Source: Planctomycetota bacterium
GTDB lineage: Bacteria > Planctomycetota > JACQVX01
NCBI GenBank assembly: GCA_016209495.1
Contig: JACQVX010000237.1
Location: 1 to 63,338, forward strand
DNA length: 63,338 bases
Direction of reading: 5' to 3'
The notes below the pieces were generated by a model, which saw nothing but the letters and a program-made list of their open reading frames with translations, made no database searches and was not told the origin of the DNA. Made by a program: the position numbers and the translations under genes. Positions within the stretch are counted from its first letter, which is position 1, and the number at the start of each line of letters is the position of its first letter. This document shows, one piece after another, positions 1-11,967 of the stretch.

Positions 1-15
1 GCGCTCCATTGCCAT
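1..15 (-). CDS. First 5 codons of a further CDS running off the window (possibly T2SS platform protein GspF, by synteny only)
   Basis: Reverse complement of 1-30 reads GAGGAGGAGCA ATG GCA ATG GAG CGC. A Shine-Dalgarno-like GGAGGAG lies a few nt before the ATG at 15..13, 74 nt downstream of the gspE stop. Product cannot be judged from 5 codons. Confidence 0.25.
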
Positions 16-89
16 TGCTCCTCCTCGCTCCTAGCCTCGCGCCGCCTCGCTCGGCCTCGGTGTTTCACGCAGTGATGGTCTTACGACTC

Positions 90-1880
90 CTAGAAGGTGT
101 CCATCTGGGTCACGCGCAGGACCTCCTCGATGGTGGTCCGCCCCTCGAGGACCTTCCGCGCCCCGTCCATGCGCAGGGTCCGCATCCCCGCGGAGACGGC
201 CGCGTGCTTGATGCGCGAGGCCCCCGCCTTCTCCGTGACCAGGGCCCGGATGGTCTCGTCCATCTGGAGGATCTCGTAGATGGCCGTCCGGCCCAGGTAG
301 CCGGTGTCGAAGCAGGTCTTGCACCCCATCCCGATGCAGAAGTGGGAGCCCTCGGGGATCCGGTCCGGGGTGAGGCCCACCTCCGTCAGCTCGTTCTCCG
401 TGGGCTCGTACTCGTCCTTGCACTCGTTGCAGATCAGCCGCACCAGGCGCTGGGCCACCACGCAGACCACGCTGGAGGCCACCAGATAGGGCTCGACCCC
501 GATGTCCACCAACCGCGTCATGGCCGCGGGGGCGTCGTTGGTGTGGATGGTGGAGAAGACCAGGTGGCCCGTGAGGGCGCTCTGGATGGCGATGCGCGAG
601 GTCTCCTCGTCGCGCACCTCGCCCACCATCATCACGTCCGGGTCCTGCCGCAACAGCTCCCGCAGGCCCGCGGCGAAGGTGAGCCCGGCCTTGACGTTCA
701 CCTGGATCTGGCTCACCCCGGGGAGGTGGTATTCGATGGGGTCCTCGATGGTGAGGACGTTCTTCTCGTGGGAGTTGATCCGGGTGATGCAGGCGTAGAG
801 CGTGGTGGTCTTCCCGCTCCCCGTGGGGCCGGTGACGAAGACGATCCCGTTGGGGAGGTGGATGACGTCCTGGAGCCTCTCCATGTCCTGGGCGGACAGG
901 CCGATCTCCTCCAGGGTGTAGACCTTCGAGGTCTTGTCCAGGATGCGCAGCACCAGGCGCTCCCCGGAGGAGGTGGGGACGCTGGAGATGCGCAGGTCCA
1001 CCTCGCCGTCGCCCACCCGGATGGTGGTGCGGCCGCCCTGGGGGCGGCGGCGCTCGGCGATGTCCATCTTCCCCATGACCTTGACGCGGGAGATGACGGC
1101 CTCCTGCACCTTCTTCGGGATGACCTTCATGTCGTAGAGGATGCCGTCGATGCGGTAGCGGACCTGGACCTTGTCCTCGTAGGGCTGGAAGTGGATGTCG
1201 CTGGCCCGCCCCTTCAGGGCCTCGAAGAGGATCATGTTGACCAGCTTGATGACCGGGGCCTTGTTGGCGATGTCGAGGACGTCCTCGACGCCCTCGATCT
1301 CCTTCTCGACCCCCAGGATGTCGTCGTCCTCCAGGCCGCTCAGCATCTCGTCCACGCCGTCGGCGGAGACCCGGTAGGAGCGATTGAGAAGGCCGGTGAT
1401 CTCCGTGCGCGGGGCCAGGACCGTCTCCACCTCCGCGTCCAGCATGTTCGCGAGGTCGTCCACGGCGGGGAGGTCCAGGGGGTCGCAGGAGGCCACGCGG
1501 AAGGTCCCGTTCTCCTGACCCACGGCCACCAGGTTGTGGGCACGGGCGAACTGCGCCGGGACCCGGCGCACGAAGGCGTCCGGGACCGAGAGCCCGGTCA
1601 GGGAGGGGAGCAGCTCCAGGCCCAGCCGGTCCCGGTAGAGCTCCAGGAGGGCCTCCTCGGAGACCCCACCCCTGGCGCGCAGCACCCGGTCCAGGGGTTC
1701 GCCGCCCTCCTCGGCGGCCTGTACGCACTCCTGGAATCGGGCCTCGTCGATGACCCTGCGCGCCAGCAGCTCCCGAAAGATCTCGTGCGCCATGGAGGCC
1801 GCACCCGCGGCCAGGGCGATCCTAGCAGAGCCCGCCGGGGCGGGCAAGGCGGGTCGCGACGGGGCGCAGGCCGGGCTCAT
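90..1880 (-). CDS. gspE: Type II secretion ATPase (GspE/PilB family)
   Basis: 596-aa ORF with an N-terminal T2SSE_N/MshEN-like region, Walker A GPTGSGKTTT and a C-terminal Cys cluster (CNECKDEY ... CIGMGCKTCFDTGY) typical of GspE. The ATG at 1880 forms an ATGA overlap with the gspD stop. An alternative ATG at 1793 (MAHEIFRELL) would drop a low-complexity 29-aa extension. Confidence 0.9.
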   Translation of the reverse strand: MSPACAPSRPALPAPAGSARIALAAGAASMAHEIFRELLARRVIDEARFQECVQAAEEGGEPLDRVLRARGGVSEEALLELYRDRLGLELLPSLTGLSVPDAFVRRVPAQFARAHNLVAVGQENGTFRVASCDPLDLPAVDDLANMLDAEVETVLAPRTEITGLLNRSYRVSADGVDEMLSGLEDDDILGVEKEIEGVEDVLDIANKAPVIKLVNMILFEALKGRASDIHFQPYEDKVQVRYRIDGILYDMKVIPKKVQEAVISRVKVMGKMDIAERRRPQGGRTTIRVGDGEVDLRISSVPTSSGERLVLRILDKTSKVYTLEEIGLSAQDMERLQDVIHLPNGIVFVTGPTGSGKTTTLYACITRINSHEKNVLTIEDPIEYHLPGVSQIQVNVKAGLTFAAGLRELLRQDPDVMMVGEVRDEETSRIAIQSALTGHLVFSTIHTNDAPAAMTRLVDIGVEPYLVASSVVCVVAQRLVRLICNECKDEYEPTENELTEVGLTPDRIPEGSHFCIGMGCKTCFDTGYLGRTAIYEILQMDETIRALVTEKAGASRIKHAAVSAGMRTLRMDGARKVLEGRTTIEEVLRVTQMDTF

Positions 1881-4033
1881 TCTCCGAAGGGGTTGGGCTC
1901 CGGCCCGAAGATGTCGGCCATGCGCCGACGGATGGGCCGGGGGTCCACTCCCAGGCCATAGGGCTCGCGCAGCTCGCGGCCGCTCACGGCCACGGCCTTC
2001 TCGCGCCAGTAGCGGGTCACCTCCCCGGCGTTCTCGAAGCCCTCGTCCTTGAGGATGTGGGGGCGGATGAAGACGTAGACGTGGAACTGCTGCCTCTGCT
2101 TGGCCGTGGAGCCGAAAAGGTAGCCCAGGATCGGGATGTCCCCCAGGATGGGGACGCGGTTCTGCGACTCCTCCGTACGGTCCCCCAGGACGCCGCCCAC
2201 TACCAGGTAGCGGTTGTCCGGGATGGTGACCTCGCCCTCGTACTTCCGGGAGCGCTTGGGGCGAGCGCCCAGCCGCGTGGGGTCCGGCGGGGCGGTGAAG
2301 TCCTCGATGGTGAGCGTGATCTCCAGCCGGAGGTAGTCGCCCGCGCTGATGTGGGGGGTGATGGTCAGGGTGGTCTCGGCGGTCTGGGTCCCACCCACAG
2401 AGGAGAAGTTGATGTTCGACCCGGCGGTCCCCGGGTCCTGGCGGATGATGGGGTTCTCGTCCTTGGTGCTGAATGTGGCCTTGACGTTGTCGTTGGTCAG
2501 GGCGTAGGGCTCGGCCAGGACGTTGGTGATGTTGCTCGTCTTCAGCATGTTGATGATGAGCGGGACCTTGTCGAAGTTCTTCCCTTTGTAGGCCAGGGCC
2601 GTGAGGCCCTGGGGGGCCCCGCCCACGGCCCGGATCCCGATGGGGGCCCCCTGGGTGGGGTCGGACTGGTTGAAGAGCTGGGCGAGGCCCGCGAAGATGT
2701 TGCTCGACTTCAGGATCCCGCCCCCGCGGAAGCTGCGGGCCTGGGGGTCCTCCAGGGCACCCACGTCCACGGAGATGGACAGGGCGTCCCCCTCGCTCAC
2801 CTGGAAGATCTGGCTCTCGATGAGGACCTGGGGCCGCCGCACGTCGAGCTGGTTGACCAGGTCCCGGATGTAGGCGAAGTCCCGCGGCTCGGCCTGGATC
2901 AAGAGCGAGTTGGTCTGCTCCTCGGCGACGATGCGGGTCTCCAGGGTGGGGGCCGCGGGGTTGGCCCCCTCAGGCCCCGCCCCGGGGACCTGGGCCTTGC
3001 GCCCCGAAAGCAGCTCGTTGAGCTTGGAGGCCAGGTCCTTGGCGCTGGTGTTCTTCAGGGTCATGACGTGGAAGTTGCCCAGAGGGACATCCACGTAGGT
3101 GTCCAGGTCGGCGATGAGGACCAGGAGCTGGTCGATGTTCTCCCGCAGGGCGAAGATGACGATCTGGTTGGTCCTGGGGTCCGCGACGATCTTGGGCTGG
3201 ACCGGCTGACCGCCCATGGCGGCCTGGACCTGGGCCGGGGTCTGGATGGCCTGGATGAGCTGGCCCGAGACGTTGGCGATATCGTTCGCGCTGGCGTATT
3301 TCAGCTTGATCACCTCGAACTCCTGGAGCTTGCTCGGGGGGATGTCCAGGGCCTCGATGATCTTCCGGTAGTATTCCACATTGGGGGCCAGGTCCTTGAT
3401 GATGAGGACGTCCGCCCCGCGCACGTAGAGGATGTCTCCCACCCGGCCCCGGGCCCGGGTGATGATCTGGCGCAACGAGGCGAAGATCCCGTTGGGGTCC
3501 GCGTACTGGACCGGGAAGCACGCGGTGATCAGCTCATTGCGGAGCGGGAGGGTCTCGCCCACCTTGTAGACCGGGGTGGGGGAACCGATCTCCCGCTGCT
3601 GGAGGTTGCGCTCCAGGTAGGCCTTGATGACCTCCACCTCGGTCCCGTCCTCCTCCCGGGTGACCACCTCGTGCATGAGCTCTATCTCATTGACCTGGAG
3701 GAAGGCCCGGATGATCGAGTAGTTGACCGTGGCCTCCACGAGGAAGCGGATGCGCTGCCCCTTGAGCCCCGGGTCGGGGATCACGGCCTTGCCGATCTGG
3801 TGGCTGATCTGCTGGAGGAGGGCGTCGATGTCCACCTCCTGGTTCTTGGAGATGGCGATCGTGACCATGCGGTCGTATTCTCGCGCCCGGAGGTCCTCCA
3901 GGTCCGCCGCGCCCTCGGCCGGGGCCTCCCCCGGGGCCTCCGCCTCCTGGGCCCCCAGGGGGGCCGCCTGGGCCAGGACCGCCACCGCCACCGCCACCGC
4001 CACCGCCACCCACCAGCTCGGACCTCTCCGCAT
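1877..4033 (-). CDS. gspD: Type II secretion outer-membrane secretin
   Basis: ORF 1877..4270 trimmed to the ATG at 4033, giving the signal peptide [31 protein letters not shown]-terminal N0/N1-type domains are followed by a C-terminal secretin signature VPILGDIPILGYLFG...VYVFIRPHIL. Confidence 0.9.
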   Translation of the reverse strand: MRRGPSWWVAVAVAVAVAVLAQAAPLGAQEAEAPGEAPAEGAADLEDLRAREYDRMVTIAISKNQEVDIDALLQQISHQIGKAVIPDPGLKGQRIRFLVEATVNYSIIRAFLQVNEIELMHEVVTREEDGTEVEVIKAYLERNLQQREIGSPTPVYKVGETLPLRNELITACFPVQYADPNGIFASLRQIITRARGRVGDILYVRGADVLIIKDLAPNVEYYRKIIEALDIPPSKLQEFEVIKLKYASANDIANVSGQLIQAIQTPAQVQAAMGGQPVQPKIVADPRTNQIVIFALRENIDQLLVLIADLDTYVDVPLGNFHVMTLKNTSAKDLASKLNELLSGRKAQVPGAGPEGANPAAPTLETRIVAEEQTNSLLIQAEPRDFAYIRDLVNQLDVRRPQVLIESQIFQVSEGDALSISVDVGALEDPQARSFRGGGILKSSNIFAGLAQLFNQSDPTQGAPIGIRAVGGAPQGLTALAYKGKNFDKVPLIINMLKTSNITNVLAEPYALTNDNVKATFSTKDENPIIRQDPGTAGSNINFSSVGGTQTAETTLTITPHISAGDYLRLEITLTIEDFTAPPDPTRLGARPKRSRKYEGEVTIPDNRYLVVGGVLGDRTEESQNRVPILGDIPILGYLFGSTAKQRQQFHVYVFIRPHILKDEGFENAGEVTRYWREKAVAVSGRELREPYGLGVDPRPIRRRMADIFGPEPNPFGE
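3981..4010. repeat. Perfect hexanucleotide microsatellite (GCCACC)x5 inside the gspD signal-peptide coding region
   Basis: 3981-4010 is gccacc five times in tandem. On the coding (minus) strand it is read GTG-GCG and encodes the [10 protein letters not shown] hydrophobic core of the GspD signal peptide. Confidence 0.9.
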
Positions 4034-4128
4034 GGGACGTTCTCCACGGGGGCGCCGCCGGGCACGACTCGCCGCTGGGTGTGGGACGAGCCCGCCGCCG
4101 GGGGGTTCAGCCGGGGCCTCGAATTTCG

Positions 4129-4156
4129 TTGATGGACCGGGCCGTGGGGCTACCAT
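4129..4156 (+). promoter_or_regulatory. Candidate sigma70-type promoter of the RimK-like/kdsB/pyrG operon
   Basis: TTGATG (4129-4134), 16-nt spacer, TACCAT (4151-4156), within the 132-nt divergent gap between gspD and the next gene. The ATG at 4166 is only 9 nt past the -10 and has no Shine-Dalgarno, so the mRNA would be leaderless or nearly so. Confidence 0.3.
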
Positions 4157-4165
4157 CCGCGTCCC

Positions 4166-5004
4166 ATGCGCCTGGTCATCCTCGCCCGCAGCCCCAGGCT
4201 GGAGGGGGTGGTGCGGCTGCGTGAGGCCGCCCGGGAGGCGGGCCACGCGGTCCAGGTGGTGGAGCCCCATCGCTCGACGGTCTTCCTGGCCGTCGGTCCC
4301 GCGGGCCGGCCTCGTCCCCGGGTTTCCTTCCGGGGCAAGCCCCTTCGCACTCCCGACGCGGCGCTGGTCCGGCCGCGGACCCCGCCGGGGGCCTGGGAGG
4401 TCTCCGTCGCGCGGGCCTTCGAGGCCTCCGGGGTCCCCGTGGTGGCGCCGAGCGACGCCCTGGCCCGTCTCTGTGACCCGCTCGGCTGGCGGCTGGAGCT
4501 GGCCCGCGCCGGGATCGCCCAGCGGCCCTGGGCCTGGGGTCGGGGCCGCGAGGGGGCCCTGGCGGCGGCCCGGGCCCTGGGCGGGCCACCCCTGGAGCTT
4601 TCCCTCGCGGGGGAGGCCTGGACCCCCGCCGAGGGGCCCGCCGTCCTGGAGGGTCTCCTGGCCGCCGTCGGGGCGACGACCCCGGCCGTGGCGGTCCGCG
4701 GCACCTTCGCGGGGTCCGGGGGCGACTCACCCCCGGAGGTGTCGGTGACGGTCGTGGGCGGCCGGGTCCTCGCCCCGGAGGGACTGCCGCCGGCGTGGTC
4801 GGCCGTGGCCCTCCGGACCGCGCGGGTCCTGGGGCTACTGGTGGCCGCGGTGGGCCTGCGCGACGCGCCCGGGGGGCCCCTGGTGGAGTCGGTGGGGGCC
4901 TGCCCCCATCTCGGGGTCCTACCGGCGCCCGGGACCGCGGGGCCGGACCTGGCGCGCACGGTGATCGACTACGTTGCCGATCGGGCCCTGGAACGCGTAC
5001 CCTC

Positions 5005-5008
<4 letters not shown>
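4166..5008 (+). CDS. RimK-like ATP-grasp family protein (possibly degenerate)
   Basis: The N-terminus MRLVILARSPRLEGVVRLREAAREAGHAVQVVEP aligns by eye with E. coli RimK ([34 protein letters not shown]). The rest is collinear with an ATP-grasp fold, but several nucleotide-binding motifs are not obvious. High third-position GC. Confidence 0.55.
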
Positions 5009-8341
<3,333 letters not shown>

Positions 8342-8361
8342 GGGGGCGCGCCGGGGCTGCC

Positions 8362-8733
8362 ATGCAGCGGAAGGTGGACGAGTCGTGGAAGCAACAGGCC
8401 CGGACCGAGAAGGCGGCCCTCTCGGATCGCATCGAGCAGGAGGGGACGGGCCGGCGCCGGGCGTCCATGCCCCCCGCCTCCCTGGCGACCATCCTGGGGG
8501 AGATGCAGCTCCGCGCCCTGGTGGCCCTGGGCGAGGTGGAGGTGGAGAAGGGGAAGCGTCCGGAGCCCAACCTGGAAATGGCCCAGTACGCCATCGACTG
8601 CCTGGCGGTCCTCCAGGAGAAGACCGAGGGCCAGCGGACGGCCGAAGAGACCCGGCTCCTGGACGGGCTGCTCTACGACCTCCGGATGCGCTTCGTCGAG
8701 AGGTCGCGCGGCGCGGCGCCCGGGGGGGGCTGA
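8362..8733 (+). CDS. DUF1844-like small protein
   Basis: Real C-terminal part of ORF 6442..8733, starting at the ATG at 8362. The pattern ...LATILGEMQLRALVALGEV...PNLEMAQYAIDCLAVLQEKTEGQRTAEETRLLDGLLYDLRMRFVE matches the DUF1844 family as I recall it. Confidence 0.6.
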   Translation: MQRKVDESWKQQARTEKAALSDRIEQEGTGRRRASMPPASLATILGEMQLRALVALGEVEVEKGKRPEPNLEMAQYAIDCLAVLQEKTEGQRTAEETRLLDGLLYDLRMRFVERSRGAAPGGG

Positions 8734-8750
8734 GGGACGAGGGGCGCGAC

Positions 8751-9605
8751 TTGGGCCTGAACCTCAGCCGCCTGGTGCGGGAGATCCGGGAGCTGCCCAC
8801 CCTCCCCCAGGTGGCGGTCCAGATCTTCAACTCCCTGGAGGACCCCCGGTCCAGCGCCCGTGACATCGAGCGGATCATGAGCAACGACCCCTCCCTGGCC
8901 GGGAAGGTCCTGCGCATGGTCAACAGCGCCTACTTCGGCTTCCCGCACCGCATCAGCGACCTGGGCCACGCCATCGTCATCCTGGGCTTCGCCGAGGTGA
9001 AGGCCCTGGCCCTATCCATGTCCATCATCGACCTCTTCGGTAAGACGGAGGGCGGGGCCGAGGCCTTCGACAAGACGCGCTTCTGGCGGCACTCGGTGGC
9101 GGTGGCCAACGTGGCCCGGGACGAGGCGCGGCGGCGCGGGGCGGACGCGGGGGTGGCCTTCGTGACGGGGCTCCTCCACGACATCGGCAAGCTGGTCATG
9201 GACCAGTACGCGCCCCAGGACCTGGGGAGGATCTGCGAACGCTCGGAGGCGGACGGCTGCACCTACTGGCAGGCGGAGCGCGCCCTGGCCGTGGTCCCGG
9301 ACCACGCCGAGGTGGCCGGCCTGCTCGTGGAGAACTGGCGCCTGGCGGACGAGGTGGTGGAGGCGGTCCGCTACCACCACGAGCCCGCGTCGGCCCCGGC
9401 CTCCGTCTATGTGGCGCTGGTGAGGCTCGGGAACCACGTGGCGGGCGACCTGGACCTCCTGGCCAGCGGCGACCACGCCGGCCACCCCCTGGACGAGGAC
9501 ACGCGCGCCCTCCTCCGGCTGGAGGAGGACCAGATCCCGGGGATCGCCGGACGTCTCAAGCAGCGGATCGAGGCCATCGACGTCTTCGTGGACCTGACGC
9601 GGTAG
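8751..9605 (+). CDS. HDOD domain signalling protein
   Basis: Real part of ORF 8385..9605. The TTG at 8751 is preceded by GAGGGG with 6-nt spacing. LPTLPQVAVQIFNSLEDPRSSARDIERIMSNDPSLAGKVLRMVNSAYFGFPHRISDLGHAIVILG and LLHDIGKLV are HDOD/HD-like signatures. Confidence 0.75.
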   Translation: MGLNLSRLVREIRELPTLPQVAVQIFNSLEDPRSSARDIERIMSNDPSLAGKVLRMVNSAYFGFPHRISDLGHAIVILGFAEVKALALSMSIIDLFGKTEGGAEAFDKTRFWRHSVAVANVARDEARRRGADAGVAFVTGLLHDIGKLVMDQYAPQDLGRICERSEADGCTYWQAERALAVVPDHAEVAGLLVENWRLADEVVEAVRYHHEPASAPASVYVALVRLGNHVAGDLDLLASGDHAGHPLDEDTRALLRLEEDQIPGIAGRLKQRIEAIDVFVDLTR

Positions 9606-9659
9606 TCTCGCCCCCCCCGCCCCCCCGCGCCTACGCCCTTTCCACCGGCCGCTTTTCGC

Positions 9660-9688
9660 TTGACTTCGCACAAAGTAGAAAGTAGCAC
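9660..9688 (+). promoter_or_regulatory. Candidate promoter of the MerR-led operon, with a tandem heptamer in the spacer
   Basis: TTGACT (9660-9665), 17-nt spacer, TAGCAC (9683-9688), in an AT-richer 90-nt gap. The spacer/-10 region contains AAAGTAG twice in perfect tandem (9672-9678, 9679-9685). The GTG at 9696 sits about where transcription would start. Confidence 0.4.
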
Positions 9689-9695
9689 TTCTAAG

Positions 9696-10436
9696 GTGTC
9701 GAATACCGGGGGCATCCGCATCGGCGAGCTGGCGCGCCGCGCCGGGGTTCCGGTGAGCACCGTCCAGCACTACCTGCGCGAGGGGCTCCTCCCGCCCCCG
9801 GTGGAGCGGGGCCGGAACACGGCCCGCTACAGCGAGGACTCCGTCGAGCGGGTCCGGCTCATCAAGGAGCTGCAGCGGGGGGCCTACCTGCCCCTGCGGG
9901 TCCTCCGGCAGGTCACCGAGCGCACCGGAGACCCGGGGGAACTGCGGCGCTACCTGCGCATGCCGGCCCTCCGGCAACGCCTGGCGGCCAACGGCCTGGA
10001 GCCCGTCCCGGAGGCGAGCTTCCTGGAGGACCGCCTCTTCCGCCCCGCGGAGCTGGCGCGCCTCGCGCGGGGCGGCCTCGTGTCCCCGCTGGTCCGGCGA
10101 GGGCGGCGCTACTACCGGGCCGACGACGCCGAGCTGCTCCGCACCCTGGGCCGGATGCGTCGCTCGGGCCTGACGCGCGAGCGCGGTTTCCACCTCGGCC
10201 AGCTCGACCTCTACTGGGAGACCCTGGAGCGTCTGGCCCGCCAGGAGGTGGCCACGGCCCTGGAGGCCCTGGTGGGCCGGATGCCGGCGGAGGAGCTGGA
10301 GCGGGTGGCCGAGGAGGTCCTGGACCTGGCCAACGAGCTGGTGTCCATCCTGCACCGGAAGGCGGTGGCGCGGGTCCTCGCGGAGCTGGGCCGTGGCGGC
10401 CCGACCCGGGCGAGTCCCAGGGGGCGGTCGCGGTGA
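9696..10436 (+). CDS. MerR family transcriptional regulator
   Basis: IRIGELARRAGVPVSTVQHYLREGLL is a MerR-type HTH located right at the N-terminus if the GTG at 9696 is the start. The track ORF starts at TTG 9660, which I read as the -35 element. The C-terminal roughly 170 aa is helical and of unknown family. Confidence 0.8.
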   Translation: MSNTGGIRIGELARRAGVPVSTVQHYLREGLLPPPVERGRNTARYSEDSVERVRLIKELQRGAYLPLRVLRQVTERTGDPGELRRYLRMPALRQRLAANGLEPVPEASFLEDRLFRPAELARLARGGLVSPLVRRGRRYYRADDAELLRTLGRMRRSGLTRERGFHLGQLDLYWETLERLARQEVATALEALVGRMPAEELERVAEEVLDLANELVSILHRKAVARVLAELGRGGPTRASPRGRSR

Positions 10437-11917
10437 CGGCCACCGTCGGGGAGCTCCTGCGCGCCCAGGCCGGGCGGAGGGGAGCCCAGGCCGCCATCAC
10501 CGCCGTCGCCGGCGGCGGCCTCTCCTACCAGGAGCTGGACCGGGCCGCGGACCGCCTGGCCTCTCGGCTCCTCGGGCTGGGGGTGGCGCGCGGCGAGCCG
10601 GTGGGCCTGGCCTTCGGCCAGGGGGAGGCGCCGGACTACGCCACGGCCTACTTCGGCGTGCAGCGGGCCGGCGGCGTGGTCCTCCCGCTCAACCCGCGCT
10701 CCCCCGAGCCGGAGGCGGCCTCCCTGCTCGCGGACGCCGGTGCGCGCCGCGTCCTCCTGGGGGCGGGGGCCGGCGAGGGGGTGCGGCGCGCCGCGCTCGC
10801 TCGCGCGCTGGTCTGGCCCCTGGAGGCGGCCGCCGGGACCACGCCGCTCCCGCGCCTCGGCGGCGAGGACCCGGCGGAGCTGCTCTACACCTCGGGGACC
10901 ACCGGCCGCCCCAAGGGGGTGCTGGTGCCCCATCGCAACGCCGTCGGCCAGCTCAACCCCGTCTACGAGGTCTTCCTGGGCGGACGCCTCTTCCTCAACC
11001 CGCTCCCCCCCCACACCTACGCGGGCAACGCCTACCTGGTCTTCTGCGTCAAGGCCGGGCTCACGGACCTCTGGATGGAACGTTTCGAGCCCGCGGCCTA
11101 CCTGGACCTCCTGGGGCGGCCCTCGGTGACGGTCACCTACGGGGTCGCCCCCATGTGGCTCAGGGTCCTGAAGGAGGTCCCGGACCTGGAGCGTCGCGAC
11201 CTCTCCCACGTGGTCTCGGTGAGCTTCGGGGCGGCCCCCATGCCCGCCTGGGCCGTCGCGCGCCTGGGGAGGCTCTTCCCCCGGGCCTTCCTCTACAACG
11301 TCTACGGACTCACCGAGGGGGGCTCGGCGGTCTGCACCCTGGCCCCGGGGGACCACCTGCGCCGGCCCGGATCGGTGGGACGCCCCGTGGGCCAGACCGA
11401 GGTCCGGGTGGTGGACCCCGAAGGGGGGGCCTGCCCGCCAAGCCGGGCGGGCGAGGTCCACCTCCGGCTCTCCGGGGTGCCGCCCCGGAGCTACCTCCAC
11501 GACCCGGTGGCCACGGGCCAGGTCTGGGACCCGGAGGGGTGGGTGCGCACCGGCGACATCGGATACCTGGACGAGGAGGGCTATCTCTACCTGGTGGATC
11601 GGTCCAAGGACCTGGTCATCCAGGGGGGGAACAACGTGGCCTCGGTGGAGGTGGAGGAGGCCCTGCTGGCCCACCCGGAGGTCCTGGAGGCGGCGGTCAT
11701 CGGCATCCCTCACGAGACCCTGGGGGAGGAGGTCACGGCCGTGGTCGTCCCCAGGGACCGCCGCTCGCCCCCCGCGGCGGCGGAGCTGCGCGAGTTCCTC
11801 GCCGGACGGCTCGCCACCTACAAGGTCCCCCGCCGCATCGACCTGGCGGAGGGGCTCCCCCGGAACGCCCTGGGCAAGGTCCTGAAGCGGCAGCTCCGGG
11901 AGGAGCGAGGCGCGTGA
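10433..11917 (+). CDS. AMP-dependent acyl-CoA synthetase/ligase
   Basis: 494 aa with the AMP-binding motif LLYTSGTTGRPKGV, plus later TGDIGYLDEEGYLYLVDRSKD and a terminal GKVLKR. GTGA overlap with the MerR stop. Confidence 0.85.
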   Translation: MTATVGELLRAQAGRRGAQAAITAVAGGGLSYQELDRAADRLASRLLGLGVARGEPVGLAFGQGEAPDYATAYFGVQRAGGVVLPLNPRSPEPEAASLLADAGARRVLLGAGAGEGVRRAALARALVWPLEAAAGTTPLPRLGGEDPAELLYTSGTTGRPKGVLVPHRNAVGQLNPVYEVFLGGRLFLNPLPPHTYAGNAYLVFCVKAGLTDLWMERFEPAAYLDLLGRPSVTVTYGVAPMWLRVLKEVPDLERRDLSHVVSVSFGAAPMPAWAVARLGRLFPRAFLYNVYGLTEGGSAVCTLAPGDHLRRPGSVGRPVGQTEVRVVDPEGGACPPSRAGEVHLRLSGVPPRSYLHDPVATGQVWDPEGWVRTGDIGYLDEEGYLYLVDRSKDLVIQGGNNVASVEVEEALLAHPEVLEAAVIGIPHETLGEEVTAVVVPRDRRSPPAAAELREFLAGRLATYKVPRRIDLAEGLPRNALGKVLKRQLREERGA

Positions 11918-11967
11918 CCGCGAGCGCGCCCCGGCCCGAGGTAGTCCCGCCGGAGACGCCCATCCCC

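Noticed and set aside
9-1961. 650-aa plus-strand ORF, with 31..1728 on the minus strand, overlapping gspE
   Set aside because: These are antisense or out-of-frame to a clearly recognisable GspE ATPase. The translations are low-complexity Pro/Arg/Gly/Asp-rich strings typical of spurious ORFs in GC-rich DNA.
4053-4102. 10-bp direct repeat CGCCGCCGGG (4053 and 4093) in the gspD/RimK-like divergent region
   Set aside because: It is a low-complexity GC-only decamer with 40-bp spacing and no helical phasing, so a chance occurrence is plausible in this composition.
2057-4132. 691-aa plus-strand ORF antisense to gspD, plus the smaller ORFs 2970..3521 and 3687..4013
   Set aside because: No motifs and Gly/Arg/Asp/Val-rich composition, while the opposite strand encodes a canonical secretin.
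9692-9697. TAAGGT hexamer identical to the -10 of the classic mer operon promoter, downstream of TTGACT
   Set aside because: The spacer to TTGACT would be 26 nt, against 19 nt in MerR-type promoters. TAGCAC at 17-nt spacing is the more plausible -10, and TAAGGT overlaps the likely GTG start.
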